NCBI GenBank assembly: GCA_937901025.1
Contig: CALCGR010000151.1
Span: 2,714 to 66,713 of the forward strand
Reading direction: 5' to 3'
Length of the DNA stretch: 64,000 nucleotides
Source of the DNA: an uncultured Bacteroidales bacterium
GTDB lineage: Bacteria; Bacteroidota; Bacteroidia; Bacteroidales; Paludibacteraceae
Under the pieces are notes generated by a model. It did not search any database, had not been told where the DNA came from, and saw only the letters and a list, made by a program, of their open reading frames with translations. Position 1 is the stretch's first letter; the number at the start of each line of letters is the position of its first letter. Shown one piece after another: positions 46,764 through 55,383 of the stretch. Position numbers and translations under genes: made by a program.

Positions 46764-48328
46764 TGCAACACAATCATTTTCTACATCGTGCATCGTGCAT
46801 TGTGAATTGTGCACTTGTACTTTCACTTTCCACTTTGAGTGCCCAAAATCCCTATCTCCCTTTGTGGGAGTTTATTCCGGATGGTGAACCCTATGTGTTT
46901 GCCGATCCTGACTGTCCGGGCAAGGAACGTGTCTATATCTATGGCTCGCACGACATAGCCCAAACGGAGTATTGCGGACGTAACCAAGTGGTGTGGTCTG
47001 CACCGGTGGAAGACCTTACCCAATGGCGGTACGAGGGAGTGGCTTTTCAGTCTATTCTCGATGCTAATGGCAAGATGCTCAACGAGAGCGGTATAGGAGA
47101 TATGCTCTATGCCCCCGACATCACTTACAAAGACGGTCTCTACTATTTCTACCCCAATAACCAGACTTGGGGACATCGTAACGCACAAGTGGCTGTCGGA
47201 ACTCGTCCGGGCGGACCTTTCCATGTCATCAACTGGAACGACACTATCCCTTATAACTGCGATGGCGAACTGGGCTTTGATCCTGCTGTCTTTGTAGATG
47301 ACGACGGGCGCGTATATGCCTACTGGGGGTATATCCATAGTGAGATGGCGGAGTTAGACCCCGAAAAGATGTACTGCGTCAAAGCCGGTACGCCCATCTA
47401 TCGCGACCGGATCTCTTCCATCGAAGACTCTACCGGCATCTATCGTTTCCTCGAAGCATCCAGTATGCGGAAGATAGAGGACAAGTACGTGCTTATCTTC
47501 TCGCGTTTTACTGCCGATGGCGAGAGCGGACTGTCTGTGAGCAACTACACACTCGCTTATTGCTATAGTGATCAACCTTTGGGACCGTGGACTTATGGCG
47601 GTACTATCATCGATGCCCGTGCTCCCGGTGTAGATGATGAAGGCAATGCTATTCCTACCGCTAATCCGTTTGGTAACACGCACGGCGGGCTTTGTCTTAT
47701 CAACGGACAATGGTGGATCTTCTACCACCGGCAGACGGGACTCAATGAGTTCAGTCGGCAAGCTATGGTAGCACCCGTCCAAGTCAGTGTGGAGAAAGGT
47801 AAGGGAGGCAAAGTGATTATCAGTCAAGCCGAAGTGACCTCCGAAGGTTTCCGTACCGAGGGATTGGATCCATTGGTTAAGACTCCGGCAGCACTGATGT
47901 GCTATTTCACGCACCCCAAGAAAGCCGAACAGCAATTCCCTAATTTTACCCTGTACGGCAGTTATGTGGAACCCAAACAAAACGGTATTCCCGTAGTGAA
48001 TAACACTTCCGGAAGTACCATAGGCTATAAGTATTTCAATTTCGATGCGCTTGCAAAGGCAAAGAAAGTAAATTTTCACCTCAACCTCGTTCCTAAAACC
48101 GAAGGGCAGATCACTGTCCTTGTCGGCGGTCCTACCCCCAAACAAGGCGGCAAAGAGATTGGACGGATAAAAATCACTTCACAATCCACTAACTATGCAT
48201 CGTGCATTGTGAACCGTGCACTCTCCACGCTCAAAGGTAAACAGCCTTTGTTCTTTGTTTTCTCCTCCGAAACCGAAGGACAATCGATTTGCGACTTCTA
48301 CGATTTCCAATTTGAAATCATAAAATAA
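46763..48328 (+). CDS. GH43 family glycosidase with C-terminal beta-sandwich region
   Basis: NPYLPLWEFIPDGEPYVFADPD..RVYIYGSHD, LYAPDITYKDGLYYFY. The signal peptide is encoded by arrays C2/D1. Confidence 0.75.
   Translation: MQHNHFLHRASCIVNCALVLSLSTLSAQNPYLPLWEFIPDGEPYVFADPDCPGKERVYIYGSHDIAQTEYCGRNQVVWSAPVEDLTQWRYEGVAFQSILDANGKMLNESGIGDMLYAPDITYKDGLYYFYPNNQTWGHRNAQVAVGTRPGGPFHVINWNDTIPYNCDGELGFDPAVFVDDDGRVYAYWGYIHSEMAELDPEKMYCVKAGTPIYRDRISSIEDSTGIYRFLEASSMRKIEDKYVLIFSRFTADGESGLSVSNYTLAYCYSDQPLGPWTYGGTIIDARAPGVDDEGNAIPTANPFGNTHGGLCLINGQWWIFYHRQTGLNEFSRQAMVAPVQVSVEKGKGGKVIISQAEVTSEGFRTEGLDPLVKTPAALMCYFTHPKKAEQQFPNFTLYGSYVEPKQNGIPVVNNTSGSTIGYKYFNFDALAKAKKVNFHLNLVPKTEGQITVLVGGPTPKQGGKEIGRIKITSQSTNYASCIVNRALSTLKGKQPLFFVFSSETEGQSICDFYDFQFEIIK
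46784..46846. repeat. Graded heptamer array C2/D1 encoding the signal peptide
   Basis: catcgtg catcgtg cattgtg aattgtg cacttgt actttca ctttcca ctttgag tgcccaa, read as HRASCIVNCALVLSLSTLSAQ. Confidence 0.9.
48198..48232. repeat. Micro-array family C copy C3, in frame near the GH43 C-terminus
   Basis: catcgtg cattgtg aaccgtg cactctc cacgctc, read as ASCIVNRALSTL. Confidence 0.85.
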
Positions 48329-48338
48329 ATAACTTTAA

Positions 48339-49937
48339 ATGAACAATTCTATGAAACACTCTCAACATTTTACATCGTGCATTATGAATTGTGCACTTGT
48401 ACTTGTCACTCTTGTTCTTGCTTCCTGTCAACCCTCTGACCCGACTCTCGTCACCACCCATTATGGTAAGGTGCAGGGTTTTATGGAGGATAATATCCGC
48501 ATTTTCTTGGGTGTTCCTTATGCTCAAGCACCCGTCGGCGAACTGCGCTGGCGTGAGGCGTTGGCACCGCTACCCTATGATACGGTACTGCAAGCTAACC
48601 ATTTTGGTGATGACGCTATCGTTCCTTATGTTTATTGGGATATGCATTATCGTGGTAAACAACAATCCGAAGACTGCCTTTACCTTAATATATGGGCACC
48701 TAACACGCGTAAGTCCAACCTGCCCGTTCTCGTGTATTTCAACGGTGGCGGTTTGATAACCGGCAGTGGTAGCGAAACACGCTATGACGGTAAGTCGCTT
48801 GCTGAGCAAGGAATCATCATGATTACCGCTAATTATCGCGAGAACATCTTCGGGTTCTTTGCTCATCCCGAACTCACGGCTCGCTCGGCTGCGCACACCT
48901 CCGGTAACCAAGGGCTGACCGACCAAGCACAAGCGATTAAATGGGTATATGAAAACATCGCTAAATTCGGAGGCGATCCCAAACGCATTACTATCTCCGG
49001 CGAATCGGCAGGCTCTTTCTCCGTATCTATGCAGATGTGCTCTCCCTTGTCCAAGAACCTGTTGGCAGGCGGTATCGGTTCCAGCGGATCCGTGCTGATT
49101 CCGGATTACTACTACACGCTTGAGCAGGCCGAACAAATGGGCGTAAAGCGCGTACAAGAGGTCGGCAAGACCATTGACGAGTTACTGACTATGGACGCTT
49201 ACGAACTGGCAAAGTTGATGCCTCTTACGGATATGCCCAAACCGACCATTGACGGGTATTTCCTTACCGATAAACCGGAGAATATCTATGCCAATAACGA
49301 GCAGGCGCAGATTCCTCTTATGGCAGGGTGGAACCGCAACGAAGATAATCCGCATTGGAAAATCAAAACCAAACCGACTTTAGACAAACTGCGTCACTCC
49401 GTTTTCCCATGGTGGGACGACAAGATTTTTGCTATTTTTGACCTTTATGGCATTCACACCGATGCTGATGTCTTCACCCGCAAGTCGGTCGATATGTGCT
49501 CTGACCTCTTCACGGGAAACTGCACATGGCGTTGGTGCGACATCCACCGTCAGACGGGGCACACGGTATATCGTTACAAGTTCATGCCCGACCGCCCATT
49601 GGATGGTCAGCCGTACGACTCCCTCGCCGGTGCTTGCCACTCGGCAGATATTGAGTACTCGCTGGGTAACTTGCATCAGAACACGTTCTATAATTGGAAG
49701 GAACGCGACCATCAACTGTCTAAACTCTTCTCTTACTACACCGTTAATTTCATTCGCTGTGGTAACCCGAATGGCGAACAATACCATGATACCATGGTGA
49801 TTAACGGCAAGCAGGTAGAGGAGTGGATGCCTCTCACCGAAGAGGGCGAGACAATGATACTCGACTACGAGCCTTATCTCAATGCTGACCAAGCTATCGA
49901 AGAACGCTATCATAAACTAAACAACTTATTTAAATAA
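48339..49937 (+). CDS. Type-B carboxylesterase/lipase family protein (lipoprotein)
   Basis: Nucleophile elbow ITISGESAGSFSV, oxyanion region FNGGGLITGSG, lipobox LVLASC. Confidence 0.85.
   Translation: MNNSMKHSQHFTSCIMNCALVLVTLVLASCQPSDPTLVTTHYGKVQGFMEDNIRIFLGVPYAQAPVGELRWREALAPLPYDTVLQANHFGDDAIVPYVYWDMHYRGKQQSEDCLYLNIWAPNTRKSNLPVLVYFNGGGLITGSGSETRYDGKSLAEQGIIMITANYRENIFGFFAHPELTARSAAHTSGNQGLTDQAQAIKWVYENIAKFGGDPKRITISGESAGSFSVSMQMCSPLSKNLLAGGIGSSGSVLIPDYYYTLEQAEQMGVKRVQEVGKTIDELLTMDAYELAKLMPLTDMPKPTIDGYFLTDKPENIYANNEQAQIPLMAGWNRNEDNPHWKIKTKPTLDKLRHSVFPWWDDKIFAIFDLYGIHTDADVFTRKSVDMCSDLFTGNCTWRWCDIHRQTGHTVYRYKFMPDRPLDGQPYDSLAGACHSADIEYSLGNLHQNTFYNWKERDHQLSKLFSYYTVNFIRCGNPNGEQYHDTMVINGKQVEEWMPLTEEGETMILDYEPYLNADQAIEERYHKLNNLFK
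48373..48421. repeat. Graded heptamer array C4 encoding the signal peptide
   Basis: catcgtg cattatg aattgtg cacttgt acttgtc actcttg ttcttgc. 34 nt match 46782-46822 with one mismatch once one unit is removed. Confidence 0.9.
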
Positions 49938-49939
49938 TA

Positions 49940-51073
49940 ATGATTATGAAAAAAATCCTTTTTATCGTACTTTCACTTTCACTTTCCACACTAAGTGCCC
50001 AAGAAAAACCGCTCCTTTGCCCGACTCCCCCTATGGGTTGGTCGTCTTGGAACACGTTTGCTTGCGACATTAACGAAGACCTTATTAAAGCCGTTGCCGA
50101 TGAGATGGTTGCTACCGGACTCAAAGATGCCGGTTATCTCTATGTCAACATAGACGACTGTTGGCACGGACAACGCGATGCCGACGGGTTCATTCAACCC
50201 GACCCAGAACGTTTTCCTTCGGGTATGAAAGCGTTAGCCGACTATGTGCACAGTAAAGGACTGAAGTTAGGTATCTACTCCGATGCCGGAACAGAGACCT
50301 GCGGCGGTCGCCCCGGCAGTTTAGGTCACGAATATCAGGACGCTCTCCAATACGCTCGTTGGGGTATTGATTACCTCAAATATGACTGGTGCAATACGGA
50401 GAATGTGAATCCCAAGGGTGCCTATACGCTGATGTCAAAAGCCCTTCGCGCTACAGGACGGGATATCGTCTTCTCGCTGTGCGAGTGGGGAGATAACAAA
50501 GCCTATGAGTGGGCAGAACCTATTGGTCACCTTTGGCGTACTACAGGGGATGTGGCCTGTCTGTTCGACGGCATAGTAGACCACGGCACGTGGAAATCCT
50601 TAGGTGTGATGCCTATTGTGGATATCAACGAGAAACTGCGCCAATATGCAGGACCCAACCACTGGAACGATCCCGATATGTTGGAGGTCGGCAATGGTAT
50701 GACCCCCGCAGAAGACCGTACCCATTTCTCCCTCTGGTGTATGATGGCTGCACCGCTGATCTTAGGTAACGACATTCGTTCTATGAGTGCCGAGACCCAG
50801 GCGCTCCTCACCAATAAAGCCCTTATCGCCATCGACCAGGACCCGTTGGGCGTACAAGGTTGGCGTGAGAAGACCGAGGACGGGGTAGAGTATTGGATTA
50901 AGCCGTTGCAAAATGATAAAGAGGCTCGCTGCATCGTCAATCGTGGCAACGAACCTAAGATTATTCAACTCGACCAAAAGATTAAACCGATTCTTCCTGT
51001 CTGCAAGAAAGCACAAAAGAAATTTACCCTTGCCCCGCATGATGTAATCGTTTATGTAGAGGATAAACAATGA
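49940..51073 (+). CDS. GH27 alpha-galactosidase
   Basis: PPMGWSSWNTFACDINE, YVNIDDCW, YLKYDWC, LCEWG, PDMLEVGN. Confidence 0.9.
   Translation: MIMKKILFIVLSLSLSTLSAQEKPLLCPTPPMGWSSWNTFACDINEDLIKAVADEMVATGLKDAGYLYVNIDDCWHGQRDADGFIQPDPERFPSGMKALADYVHSKGLKLGIYSDAGTETCGGRPGSLGHEYQDALQYARWGIDYLKYDWCNTENVNPKGAYTLMSKALRATGRDIVFSLCEWGDNKAYEWAEPIGHLWRTTGDVACLFDGIVDHGTWKSLGVMPIVDINEKLRQYAGPNHWNDPDMLEVGNGMTPAEDRTHFSLWCMMAAPLILGNDIRSMSAETQALLTNKALIAIDQDPLGVQGWREKTEDGVEYWIKPLQNDKEARCIVNRGNEPKIIQLDQKIKPILPVCKKAQKKFTLAPHDVIVYVEDKQ
49967..50002. repeat. Array D2 encoding the signal-peptide C-region
   Basis: gtactttcactttcactttccacactaagtgcccaa (VLSLSLSTLSAQ). Compare 46817-46846, gtactttcactttccactttgagtgcccaa (VLSLSTLSAQ). 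Confidence 0.9.
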
Positions 51074-53016
51074 CCCTACTCATTGCTCTGACCACATTAT
51101 TACTCAATGCCGATTGGCGTTTCCATTTGGGTAACGCTGCCGATCCACAAAAGGACTTCGGTTGCGGAACGGAGTATTTCAATTACCTTACCAAAGCGGC
51201 GAGTATTCATAACGAAGGACCCTATGTCCCTTCCTTTAATGACTCCGCTTGGCAGGTGGTACAGATTCCTCACGATTGGGCAACGACCCTGCCTCACGCG
51301 CCCGAAGCCAGCCATAGCCACGGTTACCAAACCATCGGTTATGCCTATCCCGAACATAGTGTAGGGTGGTATCGCAAGATGATTACGCTAGACACGGTGG
51401 ATTATACAATTCCTCATCGCCTTATGTTTGAGGGAATTTTCCGCGATGCGCGCGTGTGGGTCAATGGGTTCTATGTAGGACATAACGAGAGCGGTTACCT
51501 TGGTGCTTCTTATACGATTACCGACTATCTGCACCCGGGCGAAAACCTTATTTGTGTGCGCGTGGATGCAACCCTACAAGAGGGTTGGTTCTACGAAGGT
51601 GCAGGCATCTATCGCAATGTCTATCTAACGATAGGCGACAGACAACAGGCAAAAAAATCTCTCAACTCTCAACTCTCAACTCTCAACTGCACACTTCACG
51701 GAGTGTGTCTCCACCAGGACCACGGCGGGGTAGGGATAGCCGTCCCGAAGGGACTGATGGAGTATCGACTCCGCAAACTCATGGCATTAGGCGTCAACGC
51801 CATTCGCACCGCCCACCATCCTGCCGCCCCCGACTTGTTGGACTTCTGCGACAGTCTCGGTATCTATATCATTGAGGAGAACCGGTTGATGGGCGCCTCC
51901 GAACAGGATTATCTAGCCCTCCAACGGATGATAGAGCGCGATCAGCATCATCCGTCGATCATCCTCTGGAGCATCGGCAATGAGGAATGGGCATTGGAGT
52001 GGAACGGGACAGGCGAACGTATTGCCCGGACGATGACAAACTGGTGTCACGCACTCGATAGGACACGGCTCGTCACCGTCGCCACCTCTTCCGGACCGGA
52101 TATCGTGCGCGGAGTGGATATAGCGGGTTTCAATTACATGAGGCAAAACGACCTTGCCGGTTTCCATGCGACTTATCCCGATCGACTCGCTATCATGACT
52201 GAGGAAACGACCGGCTGCGGTACGCGAGGCGTAGCCACATATAATGATGCTATTGAGAAGGGCTGGCAAAATGTGCTCGATAACGATTGGATACGAGGTA
52301 TCTTTTATTGGACGGGGTTTGACTATAAGGGTGAACCTAATCCTGCCCAATGGCCTTCGGTTAGCAGTTTGTTTGGTGTACTCGATCTGTGCGGGTTTAT
52401 GAAAGATGAAGCGTATTTCTTACAATCCGTTTGGACGGATAAACCGGTGTTACATATTCTTCCGCATTGGAACCTGACAGGACAAGAAGGGGATAGCGTC
52501 ACCGTGTGGGTATATTCGAATATGGACGAGGTTGAACTGCGTGTCAACGGCAAACGACTTGAACGTCAGCCGATGCCCAAGGTAGGACACCTCGAGTGGA
52601 AAACCATCTATCAACCCGGTTCTGTCGAAGCCATCGGTTATAAGAACGGACGCATCGCTAAACGAGAAAAAGTCTATACCGCCGGTCCGGCAACGCAAGT
52701 AAGTCTTGATACGGTCACCTATAGCGGTACCACAATTATGGATATCACTTTGCTTGATAAGAAAGGGCATTTCTGCCCAACCGCTTGCGACTCTGTTCAA
52801 GTGGAGTGGACACAACCCGTCCGCATCTTAGGCTACCATAACGGCAACCCTACTGCCCACCTCCAAATGCCGGACACTAAACACCAAACACTAAACACTA
52901 TAACAATCCCTGCCTTTAATGGCCATGCACAAATCATTTATGAAAATCTTCAATCTTCAATTAGCCCATCGGGTGATTATTCTAACAATATTCTTAGCGC
53001 TCGTATCATGCGCTAA
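51070..53016 (+). CDS. GH2 family glycosidase apparently lacking the Ig-like second domain (possibly degenerate)
   Basis: N-terminal sugar-binding domain (NADWRFHLG, WYRKM, VWVNGFYVGHNESGY, GIYRNVYL) runs within about 23 aa into the TIM barrel (GVCLHQDHGGVG, NAIRTAHHP, WSIGNEE, MTEETTGCGTRG). The last 77 nt overlap the next gene. Confidence 0.65.
   Translation: MTLLIALTTLLLNADWRFHLGNAADPQKDFGCGTEYFNYLTKAASIHNEGPYVPSFNDSAWQVVQIPHDWATTLPHAPEASHSHGYQTIGYAYPEHSVGWYRKMITLDTVDYTIPHRLMFEGIFRDARVWVNGFYVGHNESGYLGASYTITDYLHPGENLICVRVDATLQEGWFYEGAGIYRNVYLTIGDRQQAKKSLNSQLSTLNCTLHGVCLHQDHGGVGIAVPKGLMEYRLRKLMALGVNAIRTAHHPAAPDLLDFCDSLGIYIIEENRLMGASEQDYLALQRMIERDQHHPSIILWSIGNEEWALEWNGTGERIARTMTNWCHALDRTRLVTVATSSGPDIVRGVDIAGFNYMRQNDLAGFHATYPDRLAIMTEETTGCGTRGVATYNDAIEKGWQNVLDNDWIRGIFYWTGFDYKGEPNPAQWPSVSSLFGVLDLCGFMKDEAYFLQSVWTDKPVLHILPHWNLTGQEGDSVTVWVYSNMDEVELRVNGKRLERQPMPKVGHLEWKTIYQPGSVEAIGYKNGRIAKREKVYTAGPATQVSLDTVTYSGTTIMDITLLDKKGHFCPTACDSVQVEWTQPVRILGYHNGNPTAHLQMPDTKHQTLNTITIPAFNGHAQIIYENLQSSISPSGDYSNNILSARIMR
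51658..51687. repeat. Micro-array family B copy B3 (4 perfect CTCTCAA units) at the GH2 domain junction
   Basis: tct ctcaactctcaactctcaactctcaac, read as SLNSQLSTLN. Confidence 0.9.
52874..52901. repeat. Micro-array family E copy E2, in frame near the GH2 C-terminus
   Basis: acactaa acaccaa acactaa acactat, read as DTKHQTLNTI. Confidence 0.85.
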
Positions 53017-55360
53017 GAACGAAGTCACAATTCGCGTTACTAACCCGACTGAGAATGGCCCTAGAATAGTTCGTTTACAAGCCGTGAATGACAACACGAT
53101 TCGTGTTACTTCTACCGCAGAAAATAAACTCCGCGACCGTAAGAGTCTTGTTGTAAAATGCACGATGCACGATGCACGATGCACAGTTCACAATATCGGT
53201 GACACCGTTACCTTGCAAACCGCCACTATGGCGGTGAGCGTTGACCGCACCACCGGTCAAGTATGGGTCACTCGTCACGATGGTAAACTGCTACTCAAAG
53301 AGACAGTGGGTAGTCCTTATTTCACGCCTTATGAGTGTACACAAACGGACGTAAATAATAAAGATATCACTTATAACGGCTGGACGTATGCCGTTACGTT
53401 TGATAACCTCTATAACGAAGAAGGTCTTTTTGGCCTTGGTCAACACCAATCGGACGAATGGAACTGGAAAGGACGCGATGAGGAACTCTATCAGTATAAT
53501 ACGAAGGTTTCGCTCCCGATCATCTTCTCAACCGAAGGTTATGGTCTGATGTTCGACACCTACAGCCTCAGTCGTTGGGGTAATCCCGAACCCTATAAGG
53601 CATTGGAAGACTTGTTTGTAGTGGATACTGTGGCTCGTCGTATAGACGCGAAGACGATTGTTTACGAAGGCACCATCACACCGCATAAGACCGGTGAATA
53701 TCGATTCCTTCATTACTACTCCGGTTACCAACAACTCTTTATTGATGGGCAGCCTTTGAGCCCTACTATTTGGAGGACGGCTTGGAATCCGAATGAGCGT
53801 AAATATCGTTATTACATGGAAGAGGGATGTAATTATCATATCCGTCTTACGTGGCAACCCGATGGCGATGTAGCTTATTGCTCTCTTACCGCCCATGCGC
53901 CTGAGACACCTGAGACGCACCAACAACTACGGTTTTGGTCGGAGATGAACCCCAACCTCGACTACTATGTCTTTGCGGGCGAGAATATGGATAGTCTTAT
54001 TCACTCTTACCGTAAGCTCACAGGTAAAGCGACCCTCATGCCTGATTGGGTATTAGGCTACTGGCAGTCGCGTGAACGCTATAAGACCCAAGACGAAATC
54101 GTTGATGCTCTGCGCGGCTTCCATTCACGTAATCTGCCCATTGATAATATCGTCATGGACTGGAACTATTGGGAGCCTTCGCAATGGGGCGCTTTCACAT
54201 TTGAGGATTCTCGTTTCCCTAACCCGCAAGCCATGATTGATACCATTCATGCTTTGGGTGCTCATATAATGATCTCTTGCTGGCCTAAGTATTATCCGTT
54301 CACGGACCACTACCAAGAGATGTTTGCCAAAGGCTGGTTATATCCTCAATCGATTCGCGACTCGCTCATCGATTGGCTCGGGTTCCCGTATGCTTTCTAT
54401 GATGCCTACAATCCGAAAGCCGGCAGACTCTTTTTTGAACAACTATGGGAGCACCTTGGCACGATGGGTATTGACGCGTGGTGGATGGACGCTTCCGAAC
54501 CGAACATCAAAGACTGCACACCTATCGACTATCGCAAAGCCCTTTGCGGACCGACTTATCTCGGTTCATCGGACGAGTATTTTAATGCATATGCTTTGGT
54601 GAATGCGCAGTCTATATACGAAGGTTTGCAACGCAAAGGCGTACAGGATATTTTTCAACTCACTCGTAATGGTTTTCTTGGACAACAACGCTATTCCACC
54701 GCTACTTGGTCGGGCGATATCGGTACGCGTTGGGAAGACATGAAAGCGCAGATTACCGCCGGACAGAACTTCTCCGTGTCTGGTCTTCCATGGTGGAGTC
54801 AAGATATTGGTGGTTTCTCGGTAGAGAATCGTTATGCTGCGGCGCAATACGCTTTTGATGCTACCGGTATAGAGAATGCAGACCTTCAAGAGTGGCGCGA
54901 ACTCAATGTTCGTTGGCACCAATGGGGTGTGTTCACACCTATTTATCGTAGTCACGGACAGTTCCCCTATCGCGAGCCATGGAATATCGCTCCAGAAGGA
55001 CATCGCGCATACAAGGCAATAACTGCATGCCTCAACGAACGTTATAAACTGATGCCGTATCTAAAAGAGATGAATCGCCGTGTTAGCGAAGAGGATTACA
55101 CTATCATGCGACCTCTCGCTATGGACTATCCTACAGACCCCAAAGCTGTGAACTGCGGTTGGCAGTATATGTTTGGACCCGATATTATGGTTTGCCCGGT
55201 CTATAAGTATGGCGCTCGTGAGTGGAGCGTCTATTTTCCTGCCGGCACATGGTACGATTACTATACCGGAGAACTCGTTTCTAAGGGCAATGAGACACGT
55301 ATTGTTCCTGCCCCCTATGACCATAGCCCGATCTTTTTAAGAAATAAACAACAACTATAA
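52940..55360 (+). CDS. GH31 family glycosidase (alpha-xylosidase/alpha-glucosidase type, lipoprotein)
   Basis: Lipobox LALVSC. GIDAWWMDASEPN, TRNGFLGQQRYSTATWSGDI, PWWSQDIGGF, YRSHG. Start chosen at ATG 52940 (MKIFNLQL..). The ORF track starts at 52919. Confidence 0.8.
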   Translation: MKIFNLQLAHRVIILTIFLALVSCAKNEVTIRVTNPTENGPRIVRLQAVNDNTIRVTSTAENKLRDRKSLVVKCTMHDARCTVHNIGDTVTLQTATMAVSVDRTTGQVWVTRHDGKLLLKETVGSPYFTPYECTQTDVNNKDITYNGWTYAVTFDNLYNEEGLFGLGQHQSDEWNWKGRDEELYQYNTKVSLPIIFSTEGYGLMFDTYSLSRWGNPEPYKALEDLFVVDTVARRIDAKTIVYEGTITPHKTGEYRFLHYYSGYQQLFIDGQPLSPTIWRTAWNPNERKYRYYMEEGCNYHIRLTWQPDGDVAYCSLTAHAPETPETHQQLRFWSEMNPNLDYYVFAGENMDSLIHSYRKLTGKATLMPDWVLGYWQSRERYKTQDEIVDALRGFHSRNLPIDNIVMDWNYWEPSQWGAFTFEDSRFPNPQAMIDTIHALGAHIMISCWPKYYPFTDHYQEMFAKGWLYPQSIRDSLIDWLGFPYAFYDAYNPKAGRLFFEQLWEHLGTMGIDAWWMDASEPNIKDCTPIDYRKALCGPTYLGSSDEYFNAYALVNAQSIYEGLQRKGVQDIFQLTRNGFLGQQRYSTATWSGDIGTRWEDMKAQITAGQNFSVSGLPWWSQDIGGFSVENRYAAAQYAFDATGIENADLQEWRELNVRWHQWGVFTPIYRSHGQFPYREPWNIAPEGHRAYKAITACLNERYKLMPYLKEMNRRVSEEDYTIMRPLAMDYPTDPKAVNCGWQYMFGPDIMVCPVYKYGAREWSVYFPAGTWYDYYTGELVSKGNETRIVPAPYDHSPIFLRNKQQL
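52944..52965. repeat. Heptamer array (AATCTTC x2-3) at the GH31 start
   Basis: aaatctt caatctt caattag encodes the first residues KIFNLQL. The same bases are read in another frame as the GH2 tail. Confidence 0.7.
53161..53195. repeat. Micro-array family C copy C5 (reverse orientation), in frame in GH31
   Basis: cacgatg cacgatg cacgatg cacagtt cacaata, read as (M)HDARCTVHNI. Confidence 0.9.
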
Positions 55361-55383
55361 TTAACAATTAAAAATCAACTATT

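Noticed and set aside
8398-53195. The heptamer and octamer arrays considered as CRISPR arrays, with VapD (Cas2-like fold) as an adaptation protein
   Set aside because: The units are 6-8 nt and directly tandem, with no spacers. Whole arrays are under 65 nt. No cas1 or other cas genes are present. vapD sits in a two-gene TA-like cassette with its own promoter and terminator.
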